Positions 38,114 to 46,826 of a stretch of 64,000 bases of DNA are shown here, one piece after another. The notes under the pieces were generated by a model. The model searched no databases and was not told the DNA's origin. It was given only the letters and a program-made list of their open reading frames with translations. Source of the stretch: a virus; the IMG/VR virus record IMGVR_UViG_3300035070_003528, positions 1 through 64,000 of that record; one strand, 5' to 3'. The stretch's first letter is position 1; the number at the start of each line of letters is the position of its first letter. Made by a program: the position numbers and the translations under genes.

Positions 38114-39045
38114 TAAATATCTCTCCTAATCATTTCTACTAATTCTATTTGTGTAAATCTCTCGGCTTGTTGTGACGATAACATGCCGTCATACCCGTAT
38201 GGTAATTCGCCGAATCTACCTTGAGCGAGATGCAGGTACTTCCCATGTAAATCAGTAACGGCCGACATACTCAATTCTTCATCGCAAGTCATTTGTTCGT
38301 GTAATTTCTCACCGGGGCGAATACCGATTATTTTAACCGTCGCTTTTTTATTATACGCAATTTGATACGCATCTGCCAATTCCGCAATAGTACACGATTT
38401 CAAGTTGGGGATTATTTTACATCCACTGTAATCAGTTGCCATCAGCACATAATCAACTGCATCGGTAATTTGGTAAAAATAACGAGTCATAGTCGGTTCA
38501 GTTATTTCCAAAACAGAAATATCTTTCTTCATCTCACTATGCCATTTTTCAATCAGACTTCCTGTGCTTTTCCACACGTTGCCAAATCTAAGCACAGTTC
38601 CGCCTGAGTTTAGTACCATTTGTTCTGCGACTGCCTTACTTTGTCCGTATACATTAACGGGAGCAGCAGCCTTATCCGTACTGATGAAAACAAAATTACG
38701 GGTATCGTACTCAGAGAATACATCTAGTACATTTTGAGTGCCATCGATATTTACACCAATTACTTCACGGGTATTCACCTGCGCCATGCTAATATGCTTG
38801 TATGCAGCAGCGTGAATAACATCGGGCCAATTTGCTTTGCCAATTACATCTTTTACAGATTCTTTATTACGAATATCACCGTTGATCATCGTAACGTCAC
38901 TGCCCCATTTGCGAGACAGCGTTTCTTGGTCTGCCCATCGTCGGCTAATACCGTAGATGTGATTATAAATGCCCCGGCGCAACACCTCGTCAACAACGTG
39001 ACGGCCGAGGAACCCAGTGATACCTGTGATTACTAAATCAGTCAT
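38113..39045 (-). CDS. pseB: UDP-GlcNAc 4,6-dehydratase (PseB/CapD family)
   Basis: ITGITGFLG, IHAAAYKH, STDKA..P.NVYG.SK, RFGNV..S.GS, IRPGEKLHE. Confidence 0.9.
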   Translation of the reverse strand: MTDLVITGITGFLGRHVVDEVLRRGIYNHIYGISRRWADQETLSRKWGSDVTMINGDIRNKESVKDVIGKANWPDVIHAAAYKHISMAQVNTREVIGVNIDGTQNVLDVFSEYDTRNFVFISTDKAAAPVNVYGQSKAVAEQMVLNSGGTVLRFGNVWKSTGSLIEKWHSEMKKDISVLEITEPTMTRYFYQITDAVDYVLMATDYSGCKIIPNLKSCTIAELADAYQIAYNKKATVKIIGIRPGEKLHEQMTCDEELSMSAVTDLHGKYLHLAQGRFGELPYGYDGMLSSQQAERFTQIELVEMIRRDI

Positions 39046-39415
39046 CGCTCGATACGGCCTCTAGGTGTGTGTTCATAATTAATGCATTAAGTTCAGGGAC
39101 ATACGCAACTGGGTAATCTATCTCATCTAACTCTTCAAGGTTTACCGTAAGGTAACTTAGAATATCTGAGAATACGTCCTCTAGCCATTTCATGGTTGCT
39201 TCATCAATGTTATAATTTTCGTCGCGATACCGATAAGTAATATTTCCCCATCCAATCCATCCATCAAGAATGGACTCGCGGTCGGTTCTGTAGGGAAATG
39301 TTATGGTGTTTTTTAACGCTGAAATAAATCTAAAATCGTTGCTACTAATATCAAATATCTCAGCGGCACGATTAATATTTAATCCGATATTAATTGTATC
39401 GTGCGGGCTAATCAT
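39038..39415 (-). CDS. hypothetical protein
   Basis: Coupled ORF within the operon. Confidence 0.55.
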   Translation of the reverse strand: MISPHDTINIGLNINRAAEIFDISSNDFRFISALKNTITFPYRTDRESILDGWIGWGNITYRYRDENYNIDEATMKWLEDVFSDILSYLTVNLEELDEIDYPVAYVPELNALIMNTHLEAVSSDD

Positions 39416-40521
39416 TTACCACCAATTACCTCTGCGATATGTTGTGCATTTGATAAATTGTCATACACATCATAATACCGTTCTTTTTCGCATAGCGCGA
39501 TAGTTCTATAGTCATCTAAATTCGCCGCGATTTTATCCAACGCGGCCAACCATCCTGCTTCATTTGATTTATCACACGTTGTCAAAATGCCCTGGTCAAC
39601 AAATATACCAGATTTGCAATCAAAGAAATCTCGATATACTTCTGATTTTGTCGCAACGAATGGAATGCCCATTGCAATATATTCCATCACCTTGAGCCTA
39701 CTTCGTCGTTGATCGTATGGCATAGCCAATGGGGCGAGTCCAATATCAAAGCTACTTAATATACGAGGCCAATCGAAGAACATTACATAGTGACGAAACC
39801 ATAGCTGATCATCTGGTAATCCAAGTTGTTTAATCAATCTATTGTCGCCAACCAGCCCAAATTGCCAATCATCGTGCTTAGATAAAAACTTGTGTAACGC
39901 ACGTTCAACGCCACTGCGTGAGAAGCTAGTGAGATGGCTAAGACTTCCTCCCCACCCAACAGTCAACTTGCTACCTTTAACATGGGGAATATCGTATCGG
40001 TGCGATTCGATGTAATTTGGCAAGTATTTCATTGGCGCAAACTTATTCCAGTCTGAACACAGCACACGACTTGGGGTAATGCCACCTGTAACATATTTCA
40101 ATCCGTCACGAAACTGGTCAACAGGATGCTTATCTAATGTACGAACGTATTTATGCCCACCTGTGTTGACCTCTACTTCACCTTTGCCCCAGAACTTAAA
40201 GGCAGCGTTCTCTTCACCGATGTACTGATAGGCATCATCAAACGATACATAAACTTTTTTGCCTCGGCTCATCCAGTATGTAGCAACTTTGATGCTTTCA
40301 TCGAGCAGTACACGTTGGATGATAATAATGTCAGTTTCGTTACACGCCAGTTTGCATCGTGCGTTATTGGTCATCCAGTCTTGAACATAAATCCAAGAAA
40401 TGTCATACCCAATTGATCTCAGTGCGTTTGCGGGAACAGAAAACGTGTAATTCGACGAATTATATTCAGCGAAATTGTCTGCAAATACTAGGGCTAATTT
40501 AAATTTATTCTTGCTGGTCAT
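39412..40521 (-). CDS. GT-B (GT4-like) glycosyltransferase
   Basis: IIQR, FDD, PNY, VGWGGS.SH, DIGLAPL...RRSRLKVMEY..MGIP.VAT. Confidence 0.85.
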   Translation of the reverse strand: MTSKNKFKLALVFADNFAEYNSSNYTFSVPANALRSIGYDISWIYVQDWMTNNARCKLACNETDIIIIQRVLLDESIKVATYWMSRGKKVYVSFDDAYQYIGEENAAFKFWGKGEVEVNTGGHKYVRTLDKHPVDQFRDGLKYVTGGITPSRVLCSDWNKFAPMKYLPNYIESHRYDIPHVKGSKLTVGWGGSLSHLTSFSRSGVERALHKFLSKHDDWQFGLVGDNRLIKQLGLPDDQLWFRHYVMFFDWPRILSSFDIGLAPLAMPYDQRRSRLKVMEYIAMGIPFVATKSEVYRDFFDCKSGIFVDQGILTTCDKSNEAGWLAALDKIAANLDDYRTIALCEKERYYDVYDNLSNAQHIAEVIGGK

Positions 40522-41668
40522 TTTTTAATTCGTTATACCGCCGGTCTACCCAATTATTATCATGTTTCATTTCTAGTGCTTTCCTAAATGCAAACAGTGC
40601 TTCATTGCGGTCGCCAATAGCCAGATAGCACTCGCCGACAAATCCATAGGTTGCCCAGTTATTCGGCTCTTTTTGCAATGCCCAATTAATGCAATGATGA
40701 ACAAATGCATTATTATTCGATTCTATTGCCTTGTGTGCTGAAACGATAAAAGCTGGGTATTCCGCATCATTGACGTATTTAATTGCCTGTAATTCATTTA
40801 CCAGCGATTGTTTAACGCCGGTAAATGAGCAAGCCAGCATCAAAGTGACAAGTTGTTCGTCTATGTTCGCCTGTGGTACGAATTGAAGTTTTTTCAGTGT
40901 TGCGGCAAGTTCTTCTATTACAATGTTATCGCTGCCTCGTAAATCATTGGGATTAAGCAAACTCATAGCCGTTTCTGGATAACGAGTTGCCAAGAACACA
41001 CGACTGCGACCTTCTTTATACTGTCGCTGCATGAACGATTCCAATGTGTGTTTATGATAATGGAGATTGATTGCCGTTGGATCAAATGAAGTTGCATACC
41101 CCTGCTTGCGTAGTTCGTGACCAAACGCAACATCTTCCCAGGCGGCTGTGGGGAACTCTTCTGGAAATCCACCGAAATTAAGGAAATCATCGCGATTCAT
41201 CGAGAAGTTCGTTGTTAGCAAAAACCCAGTAGCGTCTGTTTTCCAGCCGGTGTTAGTTCGTAGATTAGACCAATTCGCTTGCATCCCCATACGATCTAGC
41301 CACTGCATGAAACGAGTATCTAGCACGTCTGGATGAAATGGGCTGTATCCTTGTAATGCCGTATGTTTATTGTAATAATGGTGGATTTGATGACGTAGAA
41401 TTAAATCTCGTTGCGGGAAGCAATCGTCCCCAACAAAAAGAACAGTATCCCCAACTGCCTCACGTGCGCCTACGTTACGCGCAACTGCTGGGCCACGATT
41501 AGTTTCATTATTGATTACACGCACAAATGGAGAGTTGTATTCAATATATTCTCCGCCATCGTTTACAACAATAACCTCAAATTCTTTCGCTGTTTGATGG
41601 TCGTATTTATCTAAATGAGCGTACAAAATATGCTTGTTGTTGTATGTTGGGATAATTACACTAATCAT
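40505..41668 (-). CDS. GT2 glycosyltransferase with C-terminal TPR
   Basis: ISVIIPTYN, VVNDG, GPAVARN, FVGDD, GGFPE.F...WEDV; TPR-like helices at the C-terminus. Confidence 0.9.
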   Translation of the reverse strand: MISVIIPTYNNKHILYAHLDKYDHQTAKEFEVIVVNDGGEYIEYNSPFVRVINNETNRGPAVARNVGAREAVGDTVLFVGDDCFPQRDLILRHQIHHYYNKHTALQGYSPFHPDVLDTRFMQWLDRMGMQANWSNLRTNTGWKTDATGFLLTTNFSMNRDDFLNFGGFPEEFPTAAWEDVAFGHELRKQGYATSFDPTAINLHYHKHTLESFMQRQYKEGRSRVFLATRYPETAMSLLNPNDLRGSDNIVIEELAATLKKLQFVPQANIDEQLVTLMLACSFTGVKQSLVNELQAIKYVNDAEYPAFIVSAHKAIESNNNAFVHHCINWALQKEPNNWATYGFVGECYLAIGDRNEALFAFRKALEMKHDNNWVDRRYNELKNDQQE

Positions 41669-41673
41669 AATGC

Positions 41674-42222
41674 TTACTTGCCCCCTTTCATTGCCGTTTT
41701 CACACAAAACGGAGCACATACACCATTGCTGAAATGACTCGCTGCTTCTAATGCCAGCAAAATACGAGACTGCGGCTCATTTGATGCGCTGGAAAATAAA
41801 CTTCCTAGAGCAAAGTTAGCCCCGCACCCCACCGCCGCATAATCATCCATATGTATATTAACCTGATAATCAACCTCTATGTTATAAATCTCTCCACGGT
41901 ATCCAACAATAAACTGTCCTCCAGATTCTTGCCCGTCCCGTATGGTCGAGAATCCCCCAGACGATAGACATTCTCTGACACAATCAACAAAAGCTGTTGC
42001 CATATATTCTGTGTCATCCATTCCATCTGGCTGATTTGGGGCGTTTAGTTTATACTGTAATAGCTGTCCCATTCTGAATGATGTGGTATACCCGATAATA
42101 AACTCTCCTTTAACAAACACCTTCTCTAATTTGGACGAAAATATTTCCCATCCATTAGCGGCAGCAGAGTCAGCACCAACATAAACTGTTCCGTTCTCTT
42201 TTATTGCAACAATGCACGTCAT
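41674..42222 (-). CDS. HslV/proteasome-beta-like Ntn peptidase
   Basis: N-terminal MTCIVA...GADS, KVF, AVGCG..FALG. Confidence 0.8.
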   Translation of the reverse strand: MTCIVAIKENGTVYVGADSAAANGWEIFSSKLEKVFVKGEFIIGYTTSFRMGQLLQYKLNAPNQPDGMDDTEYMATAFVDCVRECLSSGGFSTIRDGQESGGQFIVGYRGEIYNIEVDYQVNIHMDDYAAVGCGANFALGSLFSSASNEPQSRILLALEAASHFSNGVCAPFCVKTAMKGGK

Positions 42223-43358
42223 AATGTTCTCTTTATTTCCTTAACCACAACGGTCGTTGCCTTGCCAAGATTCTCTCCGAATTCATCACGAATAAACTTA
42301 GCCACTTGTTTTGTGTCAAATTCCGCAATGTGCTCTTGAATATTCGCCAACATATTAGGGAAAGTTTGCTGTGTTGCACTCAATGCCGCAACTGGAGCTA
42401 GTGGTTGTAGAATATCGTATCCGTTTTGCTGGTATTCAATTACAACTGCACCTAACGCAACTGCTTCTAACATAATCGTGCTATGCTGACCAACTACAAT
42501 TGTGTTGCCATTACGGCATAGAATCAGATTCTCCGGCGCGTTGTATGTCGTTAGTTTCTGGGGTAAATCACCGTATGTTCCTGCTTCTAGCTCAAACGGA
42601 TGTGGGCGAAACACGAAATCGAAACCAAGTTTTGTGGCAAAGTTGTGAAGGAAACTTGCATCTTGTGCTATGTTTCCAATGTATTCCTCTTGAAGTGTCG
42701 GGACAAAAAGCACGGTTTGCCGCCCACCGGATAGAGCATGTGCTTCTTCTCTACTCATGTTAACATATTTATCTAAATGGACAGGCCCAGATACAACCAG
42801 TTGGCTATTTTTCAACCCGGCAGCGATGTATTGCTTTTTAGTTGTGCTACTCCAAACAAACAGCTTGTCAACAAATTCACTTGCTGACTGTTGTTTATTC
42901 ATGGTAATCTGATCTCTGTCGCGCAATACACCCTCTTGAAAAGCGAATACTGGTACACCTGTTTCTTGTGCAAGGTAAGCAAGCGGTTTAGCAAAGAAGT
43001 TGTTACTGTGGAGAATCAAAACGGCCGTTGCGCTTGAAATTACATTGCGATAGGTTACGATTAATTCAGCCGCCTCTCTAACTGAGTATACTTGCCACCA
43101 AGGAGCAACCCCAGGCAACAATGGCATGTCTCTAAGCGTTCTCTCGACAATGCTGTCAACCAATTTGTCGTCACCGGGTTTAAATGATGTATACGAATGA
43201 ATGTACGGTTGACCAGACGCATTCATGTACAACAGCGGCGGGTCGATGTTGATGGCATTATTGGTTATCAACCAGCGCACATCTCGATCTGCCAATGCGT
43301 CAAATACCGGCTGTAATTTTTTCTTATGGTGTTCTCTACCACTGAATACTAAGATCAA
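42219..43358 (-). CDS. GT-B protein, candidate nonulosonate (sialyl-type) transferase
   Basis: QEG, FVWS, SGPVHLD, RPHP.E, HST..LEA motifs as in HP-containing CMP-sugar transferases. Confidence 0.65.
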   Translation of the reverse strand: MILVFSGREHHKKKLQPVFDALADRDVRWLITNNAINIDPPLLYMNASGQPYIHSYTSFKPGDDKLVDSIVERTLRDMPLLPGVAPWWQVYSVREAAELIVTYRNVISSATAVLILHSNNFFAKPLAYLAQETGVPVFAFQEGVLRDRDQITMNKQQSASEFVDKLFVWSSTTKKQYIAAGLKNSQLVVSGPVHLDKYVNMSREEAHALSGGRQTVLFVPTLQEEYIGNIAQDASFLHNFATKLGFDFVFRPHPFELEAGTYGDLPQKLTTYNAPENLILCRNGNTIVVGQHSTIMLEAVALGAVVIEYQQNGYDILQPLAPVAALSATQQTFPNMLANIQEHIAEFDTKQVAKFIRDEFGENLGKATTVVVKEIKRTL

Positions 43359-43573
43359 CTAATTCCTCCAATCTTATGTTCTAGATCGGCTGTAACCTCA
43401 AGCCAATTTTCCGGCACTGAATTGTTTGGCGCATATTCCCACACAATAAACTCTGTTCTGTACCCCCTGCCGCATTTTTTGCACCTGAATATTTTGTAAT
43501 GCGACACAGAAATAGTTTCGCCACAAACGCAGTCAACAAAACATTGGGTATCTTCGCTGCTGTAATTAATCAT
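43355..43573 (-). CDS. small Zn-ribbon protein
   Basis: CVCG...CKKCG. Confidence 0.55.
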   Translation of the reverse strand: MINYSSEDTQCFVDCVCGETISVSHYKIFRCKKCGRGYRTEFIVWEYAPNNSVPENWLEVTADLEHKIGGIS

Positions 43574-43753
43574 AGTACCCCACTAAATACTAGTATCATA
43601 ATATTTTTTCTATGAACAGCCAGCCAATATGCAATTGGTTCGATCTTTGCTTATTAAATGTTTGAGCATTTTTGAAGTGATAAAGTCTAAATTTATTTGA
43701 TAAGCGAAGAACAACTTTGCCTATCTTGAAAATCTTTTTCAGTCTAAGATTGC

Positions 43754-44665
43754 TCATTGTAAGACTCCTGAAAAAAAACTAGCTTTCTCTGTATTTGCAA
43801 TATCATAATAAGTAATCTTTACATTTTCTGGAAATTGACGAACCAAGTTTTCGTCATAAGTTGGGAGTAATACCTCCTCGCAGTTATGTAATCCAATAGC
43901 ATCCTGTAATTCAATTTGTTCGTGCTGTGCTAGTTGTGGGAATGTTTTCATAAACTTACGCCATTCTGTGTTGTTAGGAAACCCGATAACCAGTTTTTTG
44001 TCACCGAGTTCAATAGACTGGAACATAACCAATGCCTTCCAATCAAATCGACTGTCGTAATACATTCCAATTGTTTTCTTTCGCAATTCAGTTGGGCGAG
44101 GACGAGTTGGCACATCAAGCCCAGCAGAAACAACTTTCTTTATTTTATTCTTCAATAGAAATTGACGCTCTTGTTCGTGACTAACAACTAGGCTTATTTT
44201 GTTATACCAACGCAGAAAATCCATATGCTGGCGGTCTAGTATACTACTGGTTTTAACGGCCGTCGCTTTACCAACGTGTTCAACTGCTTGCCAAATAACT
44301 GGATTGTGTAAATCGAACGAGACAATCAGTTCGTCAAAATTAATCATATCCAGAATGCTAGTAATATCATTGTGTGGATAATACCAAAAGCGCAGTCGAT
44401 CAATACCCAGAACTTTCCACGCTGGCAATGAAGTAGTATCAATATTGATACCATCTAACACACCGGGCATAGCGATTTCATTGAATGATTTATCCCGTTC
44501 GGCCGTTGTGCTACTACGTGAAACAATTGGGATAATACTAATACCGAGTTTGGTAAATGGGTCAGAAAGTTGTGCTGACGCGATTACAATTCGCTCTGAT
44601 GTTGGGGTGCGCAATATCTCAGCCAGCAGTAATTCAGACGAACGGGTTACGATGAATAACTTCAA
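43754..44665 (-). CDS. degenerate GT-B-like/carbohydrate biosynthesis protein
   Basis: TTGA overlap with the upstream GT gene; alpha/beta pattern; catalytic motifs not recognised. Confidence 0.45.
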   Translation of the reverse strand: MKLFIVTRSSELLLAEILRTPTSERIVIASAQLSDPFTKLGISIIPIVSRSSTTAERDKSFNEIAMPGVLDGINIDTTSLPAWKVLGIDRLRFWYYPHNDITSILDMINFDELIVSFDLHNPVIWQAVEHVGKATAVKTSSILDRQHMDFLRWYNKISLVVSHEQERQFLLKNKIKKVVSAGLDVPTRPRPTELRKKTIGMYYDSRFDWKALVMFQSIELGDKKLVIGFPNNTEWRKFMKTFPQLAQHEQIELQDAIGLHNCEEVLLPTYDENLVRQFPENVKITYYDIANTEKASFFSGVLQ

Positions 44666-45849
44666 ATTCGCTCCTCCCATGTGCTAATGTAACTAGCAAC
44701 GGCCGTTTTGCCCACTGCTCCGCGATTGATGTCAAGCACACTGTTGTTCCAATTGTGTTGCATAATAACGTTCTGTAACTCAGCTATGTTTTTTGTTGGC
44801 AACACGTCATTGAACTGCAACTCATCAAGTTTGCTTACAATCGCACGTGCGACTCGTTCTGTTGCAGGTGCATCTAATCCACATGCCGCAATGTACTCTA
44901 CATCTGGGTCTGGCTCGAAAAACGCTGTTGTTGCATACTCTAGTAATTCACTAACACTGAGGCAACTTGGACGATTGGCGTATCCATCGTCCTCTGGTTC
45001 GCCAAATGAAACAACTGGTTTGTTTTGTAACATTGCGTCGAGTTCCGTAATACAACCAACCCGATTTACCACAGCGTCACACGCTGCAATTACATTAAAC
45101 ACAGTGTCTTGGGTAACGCAGACGTAGTTACGCTCGTCGCACCAGCGTTGTATTTCAATGACATCTTCCATTGGGTGCGGTTTTACAAGTATTTGCCAAG
45201 ATGGATTCTCGTCGTGCAGAGCATCAACGGCCGTCATGAAGCGTTGGCGTTCTCTCATTTCGTTTTGCGCAAATACCAGCGGGTCTTCTCTTCCGCTGAT
45301 TTTTGTAACGCCTAGGTCATGCCAGTCGCTTTTGTTAAACTGTGTGTCTTGAAACGCGAATTTTGCTTGTGGAAATGATGTGAATACACCAACAACCGGG
45401 TCATCTCCAAGTCCGTATTTGGCACGTACTTTGTCGCAATCGTCAATTAGATTCGTGTGGGTGTAATGCACATCGAAACGGGGGCAACCAGTTACAACTG
45501 CGTCGGTTGTAGTAAATTGTTTGGCAACGTGTTCGTTCCACGATAGGAATAAATCAATTTTTCCATCTTGACTGTTTACAAACCACTGCTCTTGTTCGAC
45601 AGTGTTCGGCCGTCCTTCTGTTGGCATTACAATACTGTATGGCGCACGACGAATAATTTCTTCATTACGAAAACCAATTGCATGGTTCAGTATCACAACA
45701 TGAGGCTTGAATAATTCCATTGTTTCTCGCCACAAGTCGATTGAAACAGCTATTACATCATAATTACGTAACTCAACCAAGCGTTTTTTGACCAACAAAC
45801 ATGGAATTGTGTCTCGATAACGACTGTCTACAAAAATTGCTACTCTCAT
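44662..45849 (-). CDS. surface carbohydrate biosynthesis GT-B protein, candidate nonulosonate transferase
   Basis: RD, PTEG, SWN, TGCPRFD, KPHPME, CITELDA..NKPV. Confidence 0.7.
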   Translation of the reverse strand: MRVAIFVDSRYRDTIPCLLVKKRLVELRNYDVIAVSIDLWRETMELFKPHVVILNHAIGFRNEEIIRRAPYSIVMPTEGRPNTVEQEQWFVNSQDGKIDLFLSWNEHVAKQFTTTDAVVTGCPRFDVHYTHTNLIDDCDKVRAKYGLGDDPVVGVFTSFPQAKFAFQDTQFNKSDWHDLGVTKISGREDPLVFAQNEMRERQRFMTAVDALHDENPSWQILVKPHPMEDVIEIQRWCDERNYVCVTQDTVFNVIAACDAVVNRVGCITELDAMLQNKPVVSFGEPEDDGYANRPSCLSVSELLEYATTAFFEPDPDVEYIAACGLDAPATERVARAIVSKLDELQFNDVLPTKNIAELQNVIMQHNWNNSVLDINRGAVGKTAVASYISTWEERI

Positions 45850-46010
45850 GCAATCATGTACTCCATCAACGTAGGCAGGGGCAAAACAGTCGTATGCTTA
45901 TCCCCGTGGTGTCGGCCTACAAAGATTAGACTAGCACCACTGGTTGACCACACGAACGAAACAATTGGTGTGTTGCAGTCCTTGCAGCGAAGCAATACGC
46001 TAGTTGCCAT
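45846..46010 (-). CDS. 54-aa Zn-finger protein, Com-like regulator candidate (not in the ORF track)
   Basis: MATSVLLRCKDCNTPIV...GRHHGDKH...; coupled at both ends (TAATG and ATGA overlaps). Confidence 0.55.
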   Translation of the reverse strand: MATSVLLRCKDCNTPIVSFVWSTSGASLIFVGRHHGDKHTTVLPLPTLMEYMIA

Positions 46011-46210
46011 TAAGAAAAGAAAATTCGGTTCAGAGTTGCTTTTAGCTGGGACAGGAATTGACCAAGTTGTTCCTGGTTGCCAGTGTCAACATTACGGCCG
46101 TGATTCAACACGACTTCCCACACTCGTTGGGCATCTGCCAAAGACACCGGTTCTCCCTGTGCCATTTTTGCGAATGCTGCTGTTTGTAATTCTAGGTTAA
46201 GATTGTTCAT
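46010..46210 (-). CDS. hypothetical protein, first gene of the glycosylation operon
   Basis: AAGGAG RBS. Confidence 0.6.
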   Translation of the reverse strand: MNNLNLELQTAAFAKMAQGEPVSLADAQRVWEVVLNHGRNVDTGNQEQLGQFLSQLKATLNRIFFS

Positions 46211-46220
46211 AATTCTCCTT

Positions 46221-46317
46221 AAAATAAAAAATGCGCCACTGTGGGCGCAAATTAAAAAGCAACTAGCCCATCAGGTGGTTCTAGTTGCCATTATATCATC
46301 GTTATACGAAATGTCAA
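46221..46317 (-). promoter_or_regulatory. promoter TTGACA-16-TATAAT-GGCAAC followed by two terminator-like hairpins
   Basis: -35 at 46312-46317, -10 at 46290-46295; hairpins gcaactag..ctagttgc+T5 and tgcgcc..ggcgca+T6. Confidence 0.65.
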
Positions 46318-46826
46318 CGATTGAATATTTGTTGCAATGCGTTTCCTATTTTTTGCGCAGCTTGTTGTAAATAACTATCTGCGCGAGTAACCGAATAGCG
46401 ACTCTCGCCGGTTCGTCGTATATCTATTCCAATCTCAGCCCCTATTTCTGTCACGTTGCGCCAACCGTGCTGCCTATGAAATGCGGCTTGCTTTGCATTA
46501 TCATGCACATATGGTGAATATGTAGCTGGATTATCGACGGTTGTAGACGATCCAAACGGAGAATTGACCGCCCAACTTGGCCCAAGATTTTGACTACGGG
46601 GGTCAACACGGCCATTTGCGTGAACTAACCCACTGCCACGTACCCAATATGGAACAGGCGGTCTGTTTCCAGCATTTTCTGGGGGGTACACACGTGCCTC
46701 TCGTACAAAGTCGTATCCAATGCGACGAGAAATATCTTGAACTTGTAATGTCGCTTCTTGTTCAACACGTGCGGCGAAAATAAGATTCGCTTTGTTCACA
46801 ATATAAGCGCGTAAATCTACTGCCAT
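46314..46826 (-). CDS. virion morphogenesis/neck protein (HK97 gp10-like)
   Basis: YPP...W.RG.G...L..SW, N.ATYSPYVH...QA.FH...GW; directly after the portal gene. Confidence 0.6.
   Translation of the reverse strand: MAVDLRAYIVNKANLIFAARVEQEATLQVQDISRRIGYDFVREARVYPPENAGNRPPVPYWVRGSGLVHANGRVDPRSQNLGPSWAVNSPFGSSTTVDNPATYSPYVHDNAKQAAFHRQHGWRNVTEIGAEIGIDIRRTGESRYSVTRADSYLQQAAQKIGNALQQIFNR

Noticed and set aside
45856-46200. 114-aa plus-strand ORF
   Set aside because: Two coupled minus-strand ORFs (46010-46210 and 45846-46010) fit the operon better.
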